A stretch of DNA of 64,000 nt from an uncultured Chloroflexia bacterium (GCA_963699965.1 CAVOVX010000007.1:14-64013); one strand, 5' to 3'; numbered from the stretch's first letter, positions 1 through 9,015 are shown. Numbers and translations are program-made. Notes: a model not told the origin generated them from the sequence alone.

Positions 1-338
1 ACCGCTCGCGACCTCCGTGGCGCAGGACCGCCCGCCCGCCGGCAGCCCGCACGTTCCGCACCCAATTCGAGTCCTCGCCGAGCATCGACACGAGGTAGCG
101 CTGGCCGCCGAGGTCGGCGACGACGAGCGGGTACGCGAGCGTCCGCCCGGTACGCCGCCCGGGCACCTCGAGGGTGACGAGGCGCGACGGCAACAGCCCG
201 GTCGCGTGGAGGACGGCCCCAGGCTCGGTTGAGCAGCCGCGCCAGGCGGTTCGGCCGACCGTCGGGATACATCCAGCGCTCGAGCCGTGCGCTCCGGTCG
301 CGCGGACGGTAGTCGGGGTATCGCTCGATGAGGCTCAC
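1..338 (-). CDS. F420H2-dependent nitroreductase family protein (DUF385/Ddn-like), N-terminal part; 3' end lies off the window; one frame break near 225
   Basis: Minus-strand translation from GTG at 338 gives VSLIERYPDYRPRDRSARLERWMYPDGRPNRLARLLNRAW. In another frame it continues LHATGLLPSRLVTLEVPGRRTGRTLAYPLVVADLGGQRYLVSMLGEDSNWVRNVRAAGGRAVLRHGG, which matches the DUF385 core as I remember it. Confidence 0.55.
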   Translation of the reverse strand, partial: MSLIERYPDYRPRDRSARLERWMYPDGRPNRLARLLNRAWGRPPRDRAVAVAPRHPRGARAAYRADARVPARRRRPRRPALPRVDARRGLELGAERAGCRRAGGPAPRRSRA

Positions 339-568
339 GTCACACCCCGACCGCTCGCAGGCGCTGCCCCACGGCGGCGCCGACAGACCGGGTGGCGCGG
401 CCGGGCAGGAACCGCGCGCCACGCTCGACAGTGTGCTCGAGGGCCGGAGCCGCCGGCCGTCGGTCCCTCCAGGTCAAGGCCGGCCGCCGAGAGCAGCAAC
501 TTCCGCGGCCGACTGACGACGAGCTCACTGGCCAGGCCAAACCAGGGTCGACGTGGTCAGGTTCGAGG

Positions 569-2329
569 TCAGCCGGGGCTGCCAGGTGTATTGAATGGCA
601 TCGGCTCTCGGATGGCCCGTTCCCGTTCGGATCCAGTCTCGCTGCCCACTTGCGCGCGGTAGCGGATCACTTGCTGCACGGCCGCCGAGCCCTCACCCAC
701 GGCCGCGGCGACGCGCTTGAACGAGCCGGAACGGACATCGCCCAGGGCGAAGACGCCCGGGATCGTCGTCTCATACGGGGAGCCGGAGTTGGCCCGGGCG
801 CCTGGACCGGTGGGCCGTCTTCGCCAGTCAGGACGAACCCCGGGTTGTCGCGGGCGAGCTCTGCTGGCAGCCAGTCGGTTCGTGGGACCGCGCCGATCAT
901 GACGAACAGACCGGCGACCGAGAGCTCGCGCGCCTCTCCGGACGTCCGATCGCGCACGACCACCCGGCGCAGCTGCTGGTCATCCCTCGCCTCGGCGATC
1001 TCGCTGTTCAGGTGGACCGTCACGTTGGGCAACGCCTCGACCTGTTCGACCAGGTAGTCCGAGGCGCCGTGCGCCAGTGTGCTGCCGCGAACGATGAGAT
1101 GGACGACACGGGCGTGGCGAGCCAGGTGGGCGGCGGCCTGGAGTGCCGAGTTCGGCTCCGCCGACGATCGCAACGTCGAGCGCCCCGGACATCGCCTGCG
1201 CGTCTCCTGCTGCATAGCCGTAGAACACGCCTCGGCCGATCAGGCGATCGACGCTGGGGACCTCGATTCGACGGTAGTCCACGCCGATCGCCAGAGATCA
1301 CGGACATCGGTCGTCACCTCGGGAACCGTCGTCCAACAGCACGACGTTCCGGCCTGCCGCCCGGCGAAGGCCTGGTCGCTCTTCGCCCAATTCGGCCAAC
1401 AGCGCCGAACGTGAGGGCCTGCGTCCAGGCGCGGCGCATCGTTCGGCGCCACTCACGCCGGCCGGGAACCAGAGGTAGTTCCTGATCATCGGGCTGGAGC
1501 TGGCCTGGCTGAACGTGTCGTTGATCAGGATGACGCGCATGCCCTCCGAGGCAGCGTTCACGGCGGCCAGAAGCCGGCGGGTCCCAGTCCGACGATCGCG
1601 ACGTCTTAGGTGGTTCAGCGCGTGTCACCCCGCGCCGACCATATCCGACACCTGGCCACCGTCGCCCCGGACAGGAACCTGCCGTCGGTCACCGCGACGA
1701 TAGGCAGCGGGCCATCGATCCCGCGCTCGGGCCAGGAATGTCCGGCCCTCGCGGCGTTCCCGCCACCGATCATGGAACCGGATAGGTCTGCCAGCGCTCA
1801 GCACCTCGCCCAACAGGGCGGATGTCGGGTCCCCACGCTCGCCGACGATGGTCATCGCGAGTCGCCGCGGCCGTTTTCGAAGGTCCAGTCGGCCAGGATG
1901 TCGCTGACGCGGCGAGCAATTGCTCATCGATCTCGCCCCACGGCAGATAGTCGAAGTGGTCGACCTCGCCCAGCGTTGACGATGCGCGATCGAGGGCATG
2001 ACCGAGTTGTCGCCGAAGTCGGCCAGGACAAGCCGTCGCGCCGTCGGGTAGATGTCGCGCGTGGTCGCCAGAAAGTCGGTCCCCGTCCCCGTGGTCAGAT
2101 GCTCGTTTGCCACGATCAGGGCGGCGTCAGCACCGGCGCCGCGCAATCGCCCGAGTTCGCTCCGGGCGGCCTCCGTGCCGCCGGGCACGACGACCTCGTA
2201 GTCGGATCCGAATCGTCGTCGAAGAGAATTGGCCGCGAATCCCCGCGTGGACTCCTGGTCATCGACGACGACCAGGACGGGGCGGCCACGACCAGCCGTC
2301 GCACGGTTGTCGCCATTGATCGACGTCAT
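569..2329 (-). pseudogene. Fused response regulator / thioredoxin-disulfide reductase family protein, frame broken at least 6 times in this sequence
   Basis: GGAGG lies 5 nt upstream of ATG 2329. Receiver-like N-terminus PVLVVVDDQESTRGFAANSLRRRFGSDYEVVV. TrxR-like blocks DVAIVGLGPAG, AAVNAASEGMRVILI, IRNYLWFPAGVSGAE, VDYRRIEVPSVDRLIGRGVFYG, NSALQAAAHLARHARVVHLIVRG and IPGVFALGDVRSGSFKRVAAAVGEGSAAVQQV are spread over all three minus frames. TGA stop at 569-571. Confidence 0.75.
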
Positions 2330-2613
2330 GGATGTCCTCCATTCCCTCGTCGACGCACTCTTGCGTCTCGAATGGAACGTCAGACCACGTTGCAAACGTC
2401 ACAACAAAGCGGCGGCAGGGCAGGGGTTTTGCGTGAGACTCACGCGGCGTGGCGATGCGCACCCTGCCATCGAACGCGACCCGGCCCAGATGAAGGCTCG
2501 TGCCGCCTACCTTGCGGCTGGCGGATCTGTCCCCGGATGCGGCCGCGCTCGCGGGCATTCGGCCGAGGACCGTGACGCGACCGCCGGGGATGTTCTTGTG
2601 AGACCCGGGCCGG

Positions 2614-2995
2614 TCAGGCCGGCATCGGCCTCGGCTGCCACAGCTCGATCTTCGTCCCTTCCGGGTCGAGGATGTGGGCGAAGCGGCCATTGGGCTCGTC
2701 GGGAAGAACGTTCGCCTCCACGCCATGCTCCGCGCAGCTCGCCAGGATGCCGTCGAGATCGTCGACCGCGAGATTGATCATGAAATCCTTGGTCGATGGC
2801 GCAAATAGGTGGTGTCGGCCTCGAACGCGCTGAACACCGTGGCCGGCGCCCGGATGGGCGGCCATCGCCTCGGGCCTAAGACGACGCCGCCCCAATCCTG
2901 CAATTCGAGGCCGATCACGTCGCGGTACCAGTTGTGAGCGTGCCAGGGTCCTTCGCCTTGAAGAACACGCCGCCAATTCCGAGAACTCTGGCCAT
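2614..2995 (-). pseudogene. VOC (glyoxalase/bleomycin-resistance/dioxygenase) family protein, at least 2 frame breaks
   Basis: GGAGGG RBS then ATG 2995. The sequence MARVLGIGGVFFKAKDPG..NWYRDVIGLELQDWGGVV..FMINLAVDDLDGILASCAEHGVEANVLPDEPNGRFAHILDPEGTKIELWQP was reconstructed across frames. Confidence 0.6.
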
Positions 2996-3194
2996 CTGAC
3001 CCTCCTGACCAGCTGAACATACCCGAGCGGCGGCCCGGAAGGAGAAGCAGACCTAATGCAACGCGATCTGCGAGCGGATCCCATTGCCTGGACCCGAGAT
3101 CGTCGGTGTCAGGCTGACCGCGGGCGACCTTACGCCTACTAGCAGCAAGGATCTCTGGTCGCGACGCCTAGACTTGGCGTCGTGACCGCCCTCG

Positions 3195-3753
3195 ATGACG
3201 CCCCGGAGGGTCGCGCTGAGATCGCGATACCTGGCGCGCGTGGTTGCAGGCGAACCACGCCGGCGCGACGGGCGTCTGGCTGGTGACCTGGCGCCGTCGA
3301 TCGGGGCGGATCGGGCTCGACTACGAGGCCGCGATCGAGGAGGCGCTCTGCTTCGGCTGGGTCGACAGCACCGGGGGCCGGGTAGACGACGAGCGCGGCA
3401 AACTGTATTCGCGCCACGCAAGCCGCGGAGTCCGTGGGCAGCATCAAACAAGGCGCGGGTCGAGCGATTGATAAGCGAGGGCCGGATGGAGCCGGCCGGG
3501 CTAGCGGCGATCGAGCGGGCGAAATCGAATGGTTCCTGGGAAGTTCCGACAGCGGCGAGCGCATGGAAGTGCCCATGGATGAGCCGCAGCCCTCAGGCGC
3601 GGCCGTCCGCCGCGTCCAACTTCGCCGCCTTCCGGCCGTCGGCGCGCAAGTCGCTGCTCGGCTGGGTGGCGCTGGCGGTCAAGCCGGAGACGCGCGCATC
3701 GCGGATCGCCGAGATCGCGGAGCAGCGGTCCGGAATCGGCGCGCGAGGGCTGA
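3195..3753 (+). pseudogene. YdeI/OmpD-associated family protein, at least 3 frame breaks; the 3' end is uncertain
   Basis: WRAWLQANHAGATGVWLVTWRRRSGRIGLDYEAAIEEALCFGWVDS, then FAPRKPRSPWAASNKARVERLISEGRMEPAGLAAIERAKSNGSWE, then FRPSARKSLLGWVALAVKPETRASRIAEIAEQ, each in a different plus frame. Confidence 0.5.
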
Positions 3754-4151
3754 CGTGGCGTCGCCCCGACCTGGCATATTCGCCCTCGGATCGCCGCCGG
3801 CCTCAAACTCGACCTCACAAGATCAACGATTGTCCAGTCGCTCCAGGAAGAGATCGTGGTCCGCGGGACAAGGTCGTCGCCTCGCGCTCGCCGTGCTGCA
3901 TAGCCCGGTCTCCGAGGACCTTGCGGCGGGTCGTGCCATCGACCGTGAGGTCGGCGTGGTCGCAGCGGTCCTAGTCGCCGGATCGGAGAAGGCAGCGGCC
4001 GCAGCCTCGGCCTGTCGCATTCGACCGGCAAGCACCACGTGGCGAATGCGCGGTCGAAGGTCGGCGCGACGACGACGGCGCAGCTCTGTGGATCCTCGCG
4101 GCGCGGCTACCGGAGCCGGAAGCACGCGCCGACGAACATCGATCGACGACT

Positions 4152-4642
4152 TCATGACCGTCCCGCGCTCGCGCCCAGGGTGACGAGAAGCTCGTCCAGT
4201 TGCTCGAGCGTCTCGGGCATCCCGGCCGTCGCCCCGGAGGCGATGGCACCGTCGAGAGCTTCCTTCGAGGGATAGAGGTCGTGCAGACCAGCAGCGTCTT
4301 GCCGCCCTTTTCCTCGAAGGTCACCGTGGTGACGGGCCCACCCTCATCCGCCTTCCTCGTTGGTCCAGACGAGGCGCGAGTGCGGCGTCACTTCGAGGTA
4401 CGTGCCGAAGAACGCCATGGGCTCGAGGCCTCGTGGCCGAACACGAGGCGGTACCTGCCCCCGACACGGACATCCATCTCGCAGGAAAGCAGGGACATGC
4501 CCAACGACTTCGGCACCCACCACCGCTTGAACAGCTCGGGCTTGGTCCACGCCTCGAACACGATGCGCGCCGGGCCGTTGAAGGTTCGCGTGACGACGAG
4601 CTCACGCTCGGACTTCCGTTCCACCGTCGTGCGGTTCTTCAT
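4152..4642 (-). pseudogene. SRPBCC (AHSA1/Aha1-like) family protein, 3 frame breaks
   Basis: MKNRTTVERKSERELVVTRTFNGPARIVFEAWTKPELFKRWWVPKSLGMSLLSCEMDVRVGGRYRLVFGHE / MAFFGTYLEVTPHSRLVWTNEEGG / ADEGGPVTTVTFEEKGGKTLLV / LHDLYPSKEALDGAIASGATAGMPETLEQLDELL. Sits immediately downstream of an ArsR gene, which is the classic pairing. Confidence 0.65.
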
Positions 4643-4652
4643 GGGGGTGGGC

Positions 4653-5018
4653 TCACTCTCTCTTCTTGCGTCCATCGACCTTCTCCTTCCGTTTCAGTTC
4701 CTCGACAACCTTGTCCAACTCGTCGAAGCGTGCGTCCCAGAGCTGGCGGTACTGCTCGATCCATGCCGTCTCTTCTTCGAGTCGGCGCGGGCCGAGCCGG
4801 CAAGTCCGCACGCGCCCGACCTTCTCCGTGGTGACGAGCTCGGCCTGCTCCAGGACGCCGACGTGCTTCCTCATGCCCGTGAGGGTCATGTGGAACGCTT
4901 GGGCCAGATCCGTGATCGAAGCGTCGGCACGTCCGAGCTGCTCCAGAACGCCGCGTCGGGTGGCGTCCGAGAGCGCGGCGAACGAGGCATCGAGTCGGCC
5001 GCTCGAATACTGAACCAT
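4653..5018 (-). CDS. ArsR/SmtB family transcriptional regulator (intact)
   Basis: MVQYSSGRLDASFAALSDATRRGVLEQLGRADASITDLAQAFHMTLTGMRKHVGVLEQAELVTTEKVGRVRTCRL is a winged-HTH ArsR pattern. The ORF extends to 5054, but the family-typical start is the ATG at 5018. Confidence 0.8.
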   Translation of the reverse strand: MVQYSSGRLDASFAALSDATRRGVLEQLGRADASITDLAQAFHMTLTGMRKHVGVLEQAELVTTEKVGRVRTCRLGPRRLEEETAWIEQYRQLWDARFDELDKVVEELKRKEKVDGRKKRE

Positions 5019-5030
5019 ACGGTTCAGTAT
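5007..5030. promoter_or_regulatory. Perfect 10-4-10 inverted repeat ATACTGAACC-ATAC-GGTTCAGTAT, candidate ArsR operator overlapping the ArsR start codon
   Basis: Read directly. The arms 5007-5016 and 5021-5030 are exact reverse complements. The ATG (cat at 5016-5018 on plus) straddles the end of the left arm and the spacer. Confidence 0.5.
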
Positions 5031-5138
5031 GCACCAACGAATCCGCGAATGCAAGGGGGCTCAACGAAGGCGGGGATGGCCGTCTCCGGGGACCCAAAGG
5101 GCCGCCGGTACGCCTCAGTCCGGCGGTGGGATCAGTAA

Positions 5139-5214
5139 TGGCGCGCCCGACAGGATTCGAACCTGCGACCTTCGGCTCCGGAGGCCGACGCTCTATCCAC
5201 TGAGCTACAGGCGC
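5139..5214 (-). tRNA. tRNA-Arg (anticodon CCG)
   Basis: The reverse complement folds as a cloverleaf. Acceptor GCGCCTG/CGGGCGC, D arm GCTC-AGTGGATA-GAGC, anticodon arm TCGGC-CTCCGGA-GCCGA, T arm GCAGG-TTCGAAT-CCTGT, then G-CCA. Confidence 0.9.
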
Positions 5215-5255
5215 GCGGACCGGCGATGATACCGGCTGATGAACGGGGAGTGCGG

Positions 5256-5699
5256 TCAGGTCGCGCGCCAGCGCTGCCGCTGAGGCCGCCCGTCGGCTCC
5301 GTACGTGGTGGAGAACGCCGACCCGATGCCGAGCTGGTACAGCAGGAACCGCTCGTCGCGCGGGAAGGCCGAGCCGGCGTTGGCCGCGGAGCGGCCATCC
5401 GGATCGTCGACACGCCGAGCGGTGCCCTCCACGCCGAACTCTCGCAGGTCCCATGGTCGGTCGCTCGTGGCCGTGGCGTGGAGCGCGTATCGCGGGTCAC
5501 GCTCGAGATCGCGGACCTTCGGTGAGGTGGCCTCCATGAACACGAACAGGCGCCCGACGGTGACCACGGGCCGGACGGGATGGAGGCGCGGCGACCCATC
5601 GGGCTTGAGGGTGGCCAGGTAGGCGACCTGATCGTGGAGCCGCTCGGCTCCGAACGCCGCCAGTTCGGGTGCCGCGTCGGCGAGGGCCTGCCAGCTCAT
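5256..5699 (-). CDS. Pyridoxamine 5'-phosphate oxidase family (FMN/F420-binding split-barrel) protein
   Basis: Intact 147-aa ORF. LATLKPDGSPRLHPVRPVVTVGRLFVFMEATSPKVRDLERDPRYALH is typical of the PPOX-class fold. Confidence 0.7.
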   Translation of the reverse strand: MSWQALADAAPELAAFGAERLHDQVAYLATLKPDGSPRLHPVRPVVTVGRLFVFMEATSPKVRDLERDPRYALHATATSDRPWDLREFGVEGTARRVDDPDGRSAANAGSAFPRDERFLLYQLGIGSAFSTTYGADGRPQRQRWRAT

Positions 5700-5713
5700 C
5701 GGCGGAGCCGTCC

Positions 5714-6648
5714 TCAGGCGATGGCTACGATGCCCCGCGGGTCGGCCGCCTCGACGTCGCGGAGCTGGGGCAGGACCCGGCTGCCCAGCAGTTCGATCAG
5801 CGCCGGGTCATTCGCCTCGGCGAAGTTGACGATGACGTGTGGACGCCCGCTTCGGCGAGGCGGCCGAACCGCTCGACGATCGCGTCCGGCGACTCTGGCG
5901 CACGGCTCCAGGCACCGGCGGTGCCGAGGCCGACGCCCTGCATGTTCGTCCGCTCGATCTCGGCGAAGTCGCGACCGACCGCGGCGCAGTGCTCGGCCAG
6001 GATCGCGTACTTCGCAGAGCTGGTCGGGGCCGCCGAACAGGTTCGAGGCGTCGGCGTACTGGGCGACGAGGCGAAGGGTCTTCTTCTCGCCGCCACCGCC
6101 GATGAGGATCGGCACCCGCGGCCGGGAGATCGACTGGGGGACGTTGAGGAGCCGGGTCGCGTGGAACTGGCGGCCGCGGAAGTCCTCCTCCGAGCCGCGC
6201 TCGCCCTGCCACATGCCGTGGGCGATCTGGAGCGTGTCCTCGAGCATCTCGAACCGGTCGGCTGTGCTCGGCCAGGGGAACCCGAGGCCCTCCGACTCGG
6301 CCTGGTTCCAGGCGGCGCCGATGCCGAGCCAGGCCCGGCCGCCGGAGAGGACGTCGAGGGTCGTCGCGGCCTTGACCCACAGCCCGGGGTTGCGGTAGTG
6401 GACGCCGCCGACCATCAGCCCGAGCCGGGCGCGTTGGCTGTGGGCGGCCATGAAGCCGAGCGTCGTCCAGCCCTCGAGCATCGGCTGCAGCTCTGAGCCA
6501 GGCGGGCCGATCTGCCAGAAGTGATCCATCACCCAGATGGAGTCGAAACCGACCTCGTCGGCGGTCCGACGGAGCGGGCGAGGGTCGGTCCGATCGCCTC
6601 CGGTCCGCCGGGCCAGGTGAACGAGTAGATCTGGAGTCCGAGCTTCAC
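5714..6648 (-). pseudogene. LLM-class (luciferase-like) F420-dependent oxidoreductase, 3 frame breaks
   Basis: VKLGLQIYSFTWPGGPEAIGPTLARS / DSIWVMDHFWQIGPPGSELQPMLEGWTTLGFMAAHSQRARLGLMVGGVHYRNPGLWVKAATTLDVLSGGRAWLGIGAAWNQAE...PILIGGGGEKKTLRLVAQYADASNLFGG. The GTG at 6648 overlaps the upstream stop (GTGA). Confidence 0.7.
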
Positions 6649-7616
6649 GACGTGGCTCCTTTCGCGTCGCCGCGCCAGGCGGCGGTGGCCCGATCGAGGG
6701 CCTCGATCTCGGCGGGGCTGAGCGAGAAGGCGAGGGCGCCGGCGTTGTCGGCCGCCTGGCGGCCGTTCTTGGCGCCCGGGATCGGCAGGACGAGCTCGTT
6801 CTCGATGAGCCAGCGGAGCGCGACCTGGGCCGGGCTCCGGCCGTGGGCGTCGCCGATCTCTCGGAGCAGCGCGACGACCGGGGTCGCGCCTCCCGCTCCT
6901 TGGCCGCGGAAGCGGGGCATGAAGCGGCGGAACCCGGAGGGCCTCGCCCCGGCCACGAACTTGCCGGTGAGGGCGCCGTTGGCCAGCGGCTGGTTGGCGA
7001 TGAGCGTGACCCCCAGCTCGCGGCAGGCGTCGAGGACGCCGTCGGTCTCGGGCTGGCGGTGGAGCAGCGAGTACTCGATCTGGTTCGAGGCGAGCGGGAT
7101 CCCGCGCTCGGCGAGCACCGCGTGGGCGAGTCGCATCTGGTCGGCCGAGTAGTTGCTGACGCCGACCGCCCGGACCTTGCCTTGCTCGACGGCGTCGGCC
7201 ATCAGGTTCATGAGCCGCGGGATCGAGACCCAGCGCGAGGGGTAGTGGTGCATGTACAGGTCGACGGTCGTCCGCTGGAGGAGCTCGAGGCTCCGCTCGA
7301 GCGCCCGGGGCATCGCGTCGGTCCGGGACAGCATGTTCGGCGGGAACTTCGTCGCGATGAGGACATCCCGCCCGTGGGCCAGCTCGCCGAGCCGGCGCTC
7401 GGAGGCGCCGGCGCCGTACATCTCGGCGGTGTCGAAGAGCGTCGCGCCGGCGGCGACGCTGGCGTCGAAGGCAAGCTGCTCCTCGTCGCGGCTCGCGGGG
7501 CCGCCACCGTAGGCGAGCTTCGCCGGGGTCCATCGGGCGCGGCCCGATGGGTCGCCCCAGGTCATGGCGCCGACGCCCAAACGAGGAACCGGAGGTCGCT
7601 CCTTCCGAGCGTCCAC
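6645..7616 (-). CDS. Aldo/keto reductase (intact)
   Basis: 323-aa ORF with LFDTAEMYGAGASERRLGE, IATKF, VDLYMHHYP, AVGVSNYS, SNQIEYSLL, LANGALTGKF and VALRWLI..LPIPGAKN. Confidence 0.85.
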   Translation of the reverse strand: MDARKERPPVPRLGVGAMTWGDPSGRARWTPAKLAYGGGPASRDEEQLAFDASVAAGATLFDTAEMYGAGASERRLGELAHGRDVLIATKFPPNMLSRTDAMPRALERSLELLQRTTVDLYMHHYPSRWVSIPRLMNLMADAVEQGKVRAVGVSNYSADQMRLAHAVLAERGIPLASNQIEYSLLHRQPETDGVLDACRELGVTLIANQPLANGALTGKFVAGARPSGFRRFMPRFRGQGAGGATPVVALLREIGDAHGRSPAQVALRWLIENELVLPIPGAKNGRQAADNAGALAFSLSPAEIEALDRATAAWRGDAKGATS

Positions 7617-7650
7617 GGTCGGTCATGGCTTGAGCATACGTCGGACTAGT

Positions 7651-7675
7651 CAATGATTGCAAGTGCCAACCATTG
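7651..7675. promoter_or_regulatory. Inverted repeat CAATGATTG-N7-CAACCATTG (8/9 match) in the AKR/MarR divergent region, candidate MarR operator
   Basis: Read directly in the 106-bp region between the AKR start (7616, minus) and the MarR start (7723, plus). Confidence 0.4.
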
Positions 7676-7722
7676 TCGTGTCGGATGAATGAGCAGGCCT
7701 TGCATCAGGGTAAGATGCGCGC

Positions 7723-8217
7723 ATGAGCGACACACCGACCGCGCGCGAGACCGCCGGTCTCGTCGACCTGATGTGGCTGGTCATGCGCCGCATCTGGGAC
7801 CACGCCGAGGAGCGCCTCGCCCCGTACTCGTTGAGCCTCAAGCACAACTGGGCACTCCATGCCCTCGACGAGCCGATGTCGATGAGCGCCCTCGCGGACC
7901 GACTCGGGATCGACGCGTCCTATGTCACGACGATTGCCGACCAGCTCGAGGAGCGCGGCCTCATCGAGCGCCAGCCGCACCGACCGATCGGCGCATCAAG
8001 AGCCTGGCCCTCACGGCGGAGGGGCGGCGACTCCGCGAGAAGCTCGCGGACGAGCTGTGGGTCGAGGTGCCGGTCCTCGATGCGCTCACGGCCGACGAAC
8101 GACGAGAGCTCTGGCGGCTACTCTCGCGGACCATCGACACGGCATCGGCGGACCAGCAGGGCCACGATGGGCGCGCCGATCGGCGCGACCACCGAGGGCC
8201 GCGGCGCCTCGTCGTGA
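7723..8217 (+). CDS. MarR family transcriptional regulator, one frame break near 7985; the 3' end is uncertain
   Basis: MSALADRLGIDASYVTTIADQLEERGLIERQPH, then in another frame PTDRRIKSLALTAEGRRLREKLADELWVEVPVLDALTADERRELWRLLS. Confidence 0.7.
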   Translation: MSDTPTARETAGLVDLMWLVMRRIWDHAEERLAPYSLSLKHNWALHALDEPMSMSALADRLGIDASYVTTIADQLEERGLIERQPHRPIGASRAWPSRRRGGDSARSSRTSCGSRCRSSMRSRPTNDESSGGYSRGPSTRHRRTSRATMGAPIGATTEGRGASS

Positions 8218-8231
8218 GCTCGACGCCGCTC

Positions 8232-8639
8232 CTAGCTCCCGGGCGGTTGGCATCGTCGGGCCCGAGCATGCTCGCGACCTGGATCAGGTTGCCGCAGGTG
8301 TCGTCGAAGACCGCGGTCACGACGACCCATCTCGGCCGGCTCCTGGACGAACCGGACGCCGGCCGACTTGAGCCGCTCGTAATCCTCGCGGGCATCGGCG
8401 ACGCCGAACGAGGTCCACGGAATGCCGTCGGCGACGAGCGCTTCCTTGAACGGTCGTGCAGCCGGATGGACGTCTGGCTCAGGGGAGCTCCGCCGTCTGG
8501 CTGTCGGGCGAAACGACCGTGAGCCACCGGTATTCGCCGGCGGGACGTCGGTCTTCTTCTGGAAGCCGAGCGTGTTCGTGTAGAACTGGAGTGCCTTCTC
8601 CTGGTCGTCGACGAGGACGCTGGCCGTCGTAATCCGCAT
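8232..8639 (-). pseudogene. VOC/glyoxalase family protein, several frame breaks
   Basis: MRITTASVLVDDQEKALQFYTNTLGFQKKTDVP / AGEYRWLTVVSPDSQTAEL / EPDVHPAARPFKEALVADGIPWTSFGVADAREDYERLKSAGVRFVQEPAEMG / VVTAVFDDTCGNLIQVASML. Confidence 0.55.
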
Positions 8640-8644
8640 GTCTT

Positions 8645-8922
8645 CGCTCCTCTCCGTCGAGCCATCGGTCGGCAAGGTGCCGGAGCGGCTCGCGTCGATC
8701 GAATGGAACTTGTAGCGGCCTTCGCGGCGGGTCGGATCAGGCCCGCCGACTCGAGGAAGTCGAGATGCTGGGAGATCGCCTGGCGGGTCGATGCCAGGCC
8801 ATGGTTGGTGATCAATCGCGAGCAGAGCTCGAAGAGTGTCCGGTCGTCGCGTTCGGCAGCTCGTCGAGGATCGTCCGGCGGGCTGGCTCGGCAAGGCATC
8901 TGAACACGTCCTCGTCGCCCAC
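8645..8922 (-). pseudogene. ArsR/SmtB family transcriptional regulator, several frame breaks. The boundary with the downstream VOC gene is unclear and the two may be fused.
   Basis: From GTG 8922: VGDEDVFRCLAEPARRTILDEL / ERDDRTLFELCSRLITNHGLASTRQAISQHLDFLESAGLIR / TRREGRYKFHSI / REPLRHLADRWL. Confidence 0.5.
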
Positions 8923-8931
8923 CGACCCAGA

Positions 8932-8955
8932 ATATGCAAGTCAGGACTTGCATAT
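8932..8955. promoter_or_regulatory. Perfect 11-2-11 palindrome ATATGCAAGTC-AG-GACTTGCATAT, candidate operator of the adjacent ArsR regulator
   Basis: Read directly. It lies 10 nt upstream of the proposed ArsR GTG (8922, minus) and about 120 nt upstream of the Gfo/Idh/MocA gene start (9074, plus). Confidence 0.5.
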
Positions 8956-9001
8956 CAAGTTCCCCCACCCTCGCCTCGGCGTGGTCCTTTGTCGTCCGTT
9001 G

Positions 9002-9015
9002 CGCAACCGATTTCT
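9002..9015. promoter_or_regulatory. Weaker copy (11/14, inverted orientation) of the LacI-type operator: CGCAACCGATTTCT, preceded by TTGCGCAA
   Basis: The reverse complement reads AGAAATCGGTTGCG and shares the AATCGGTTGC core with sites B and C. It lies 59 nt upstream of ATG 9074. Confidence 0.35.

Noticed and set aside
5139-5214. tRNA-Arg (and tRNA-Asp at 53378-53454) as integration sites of genomic islands
   Set aside because: No integrase, recombinase or transposase is nearby. I noticed no direct repeat of the tRNA 3' ends. There is no obvious compositional break except at the 48-kb gap.
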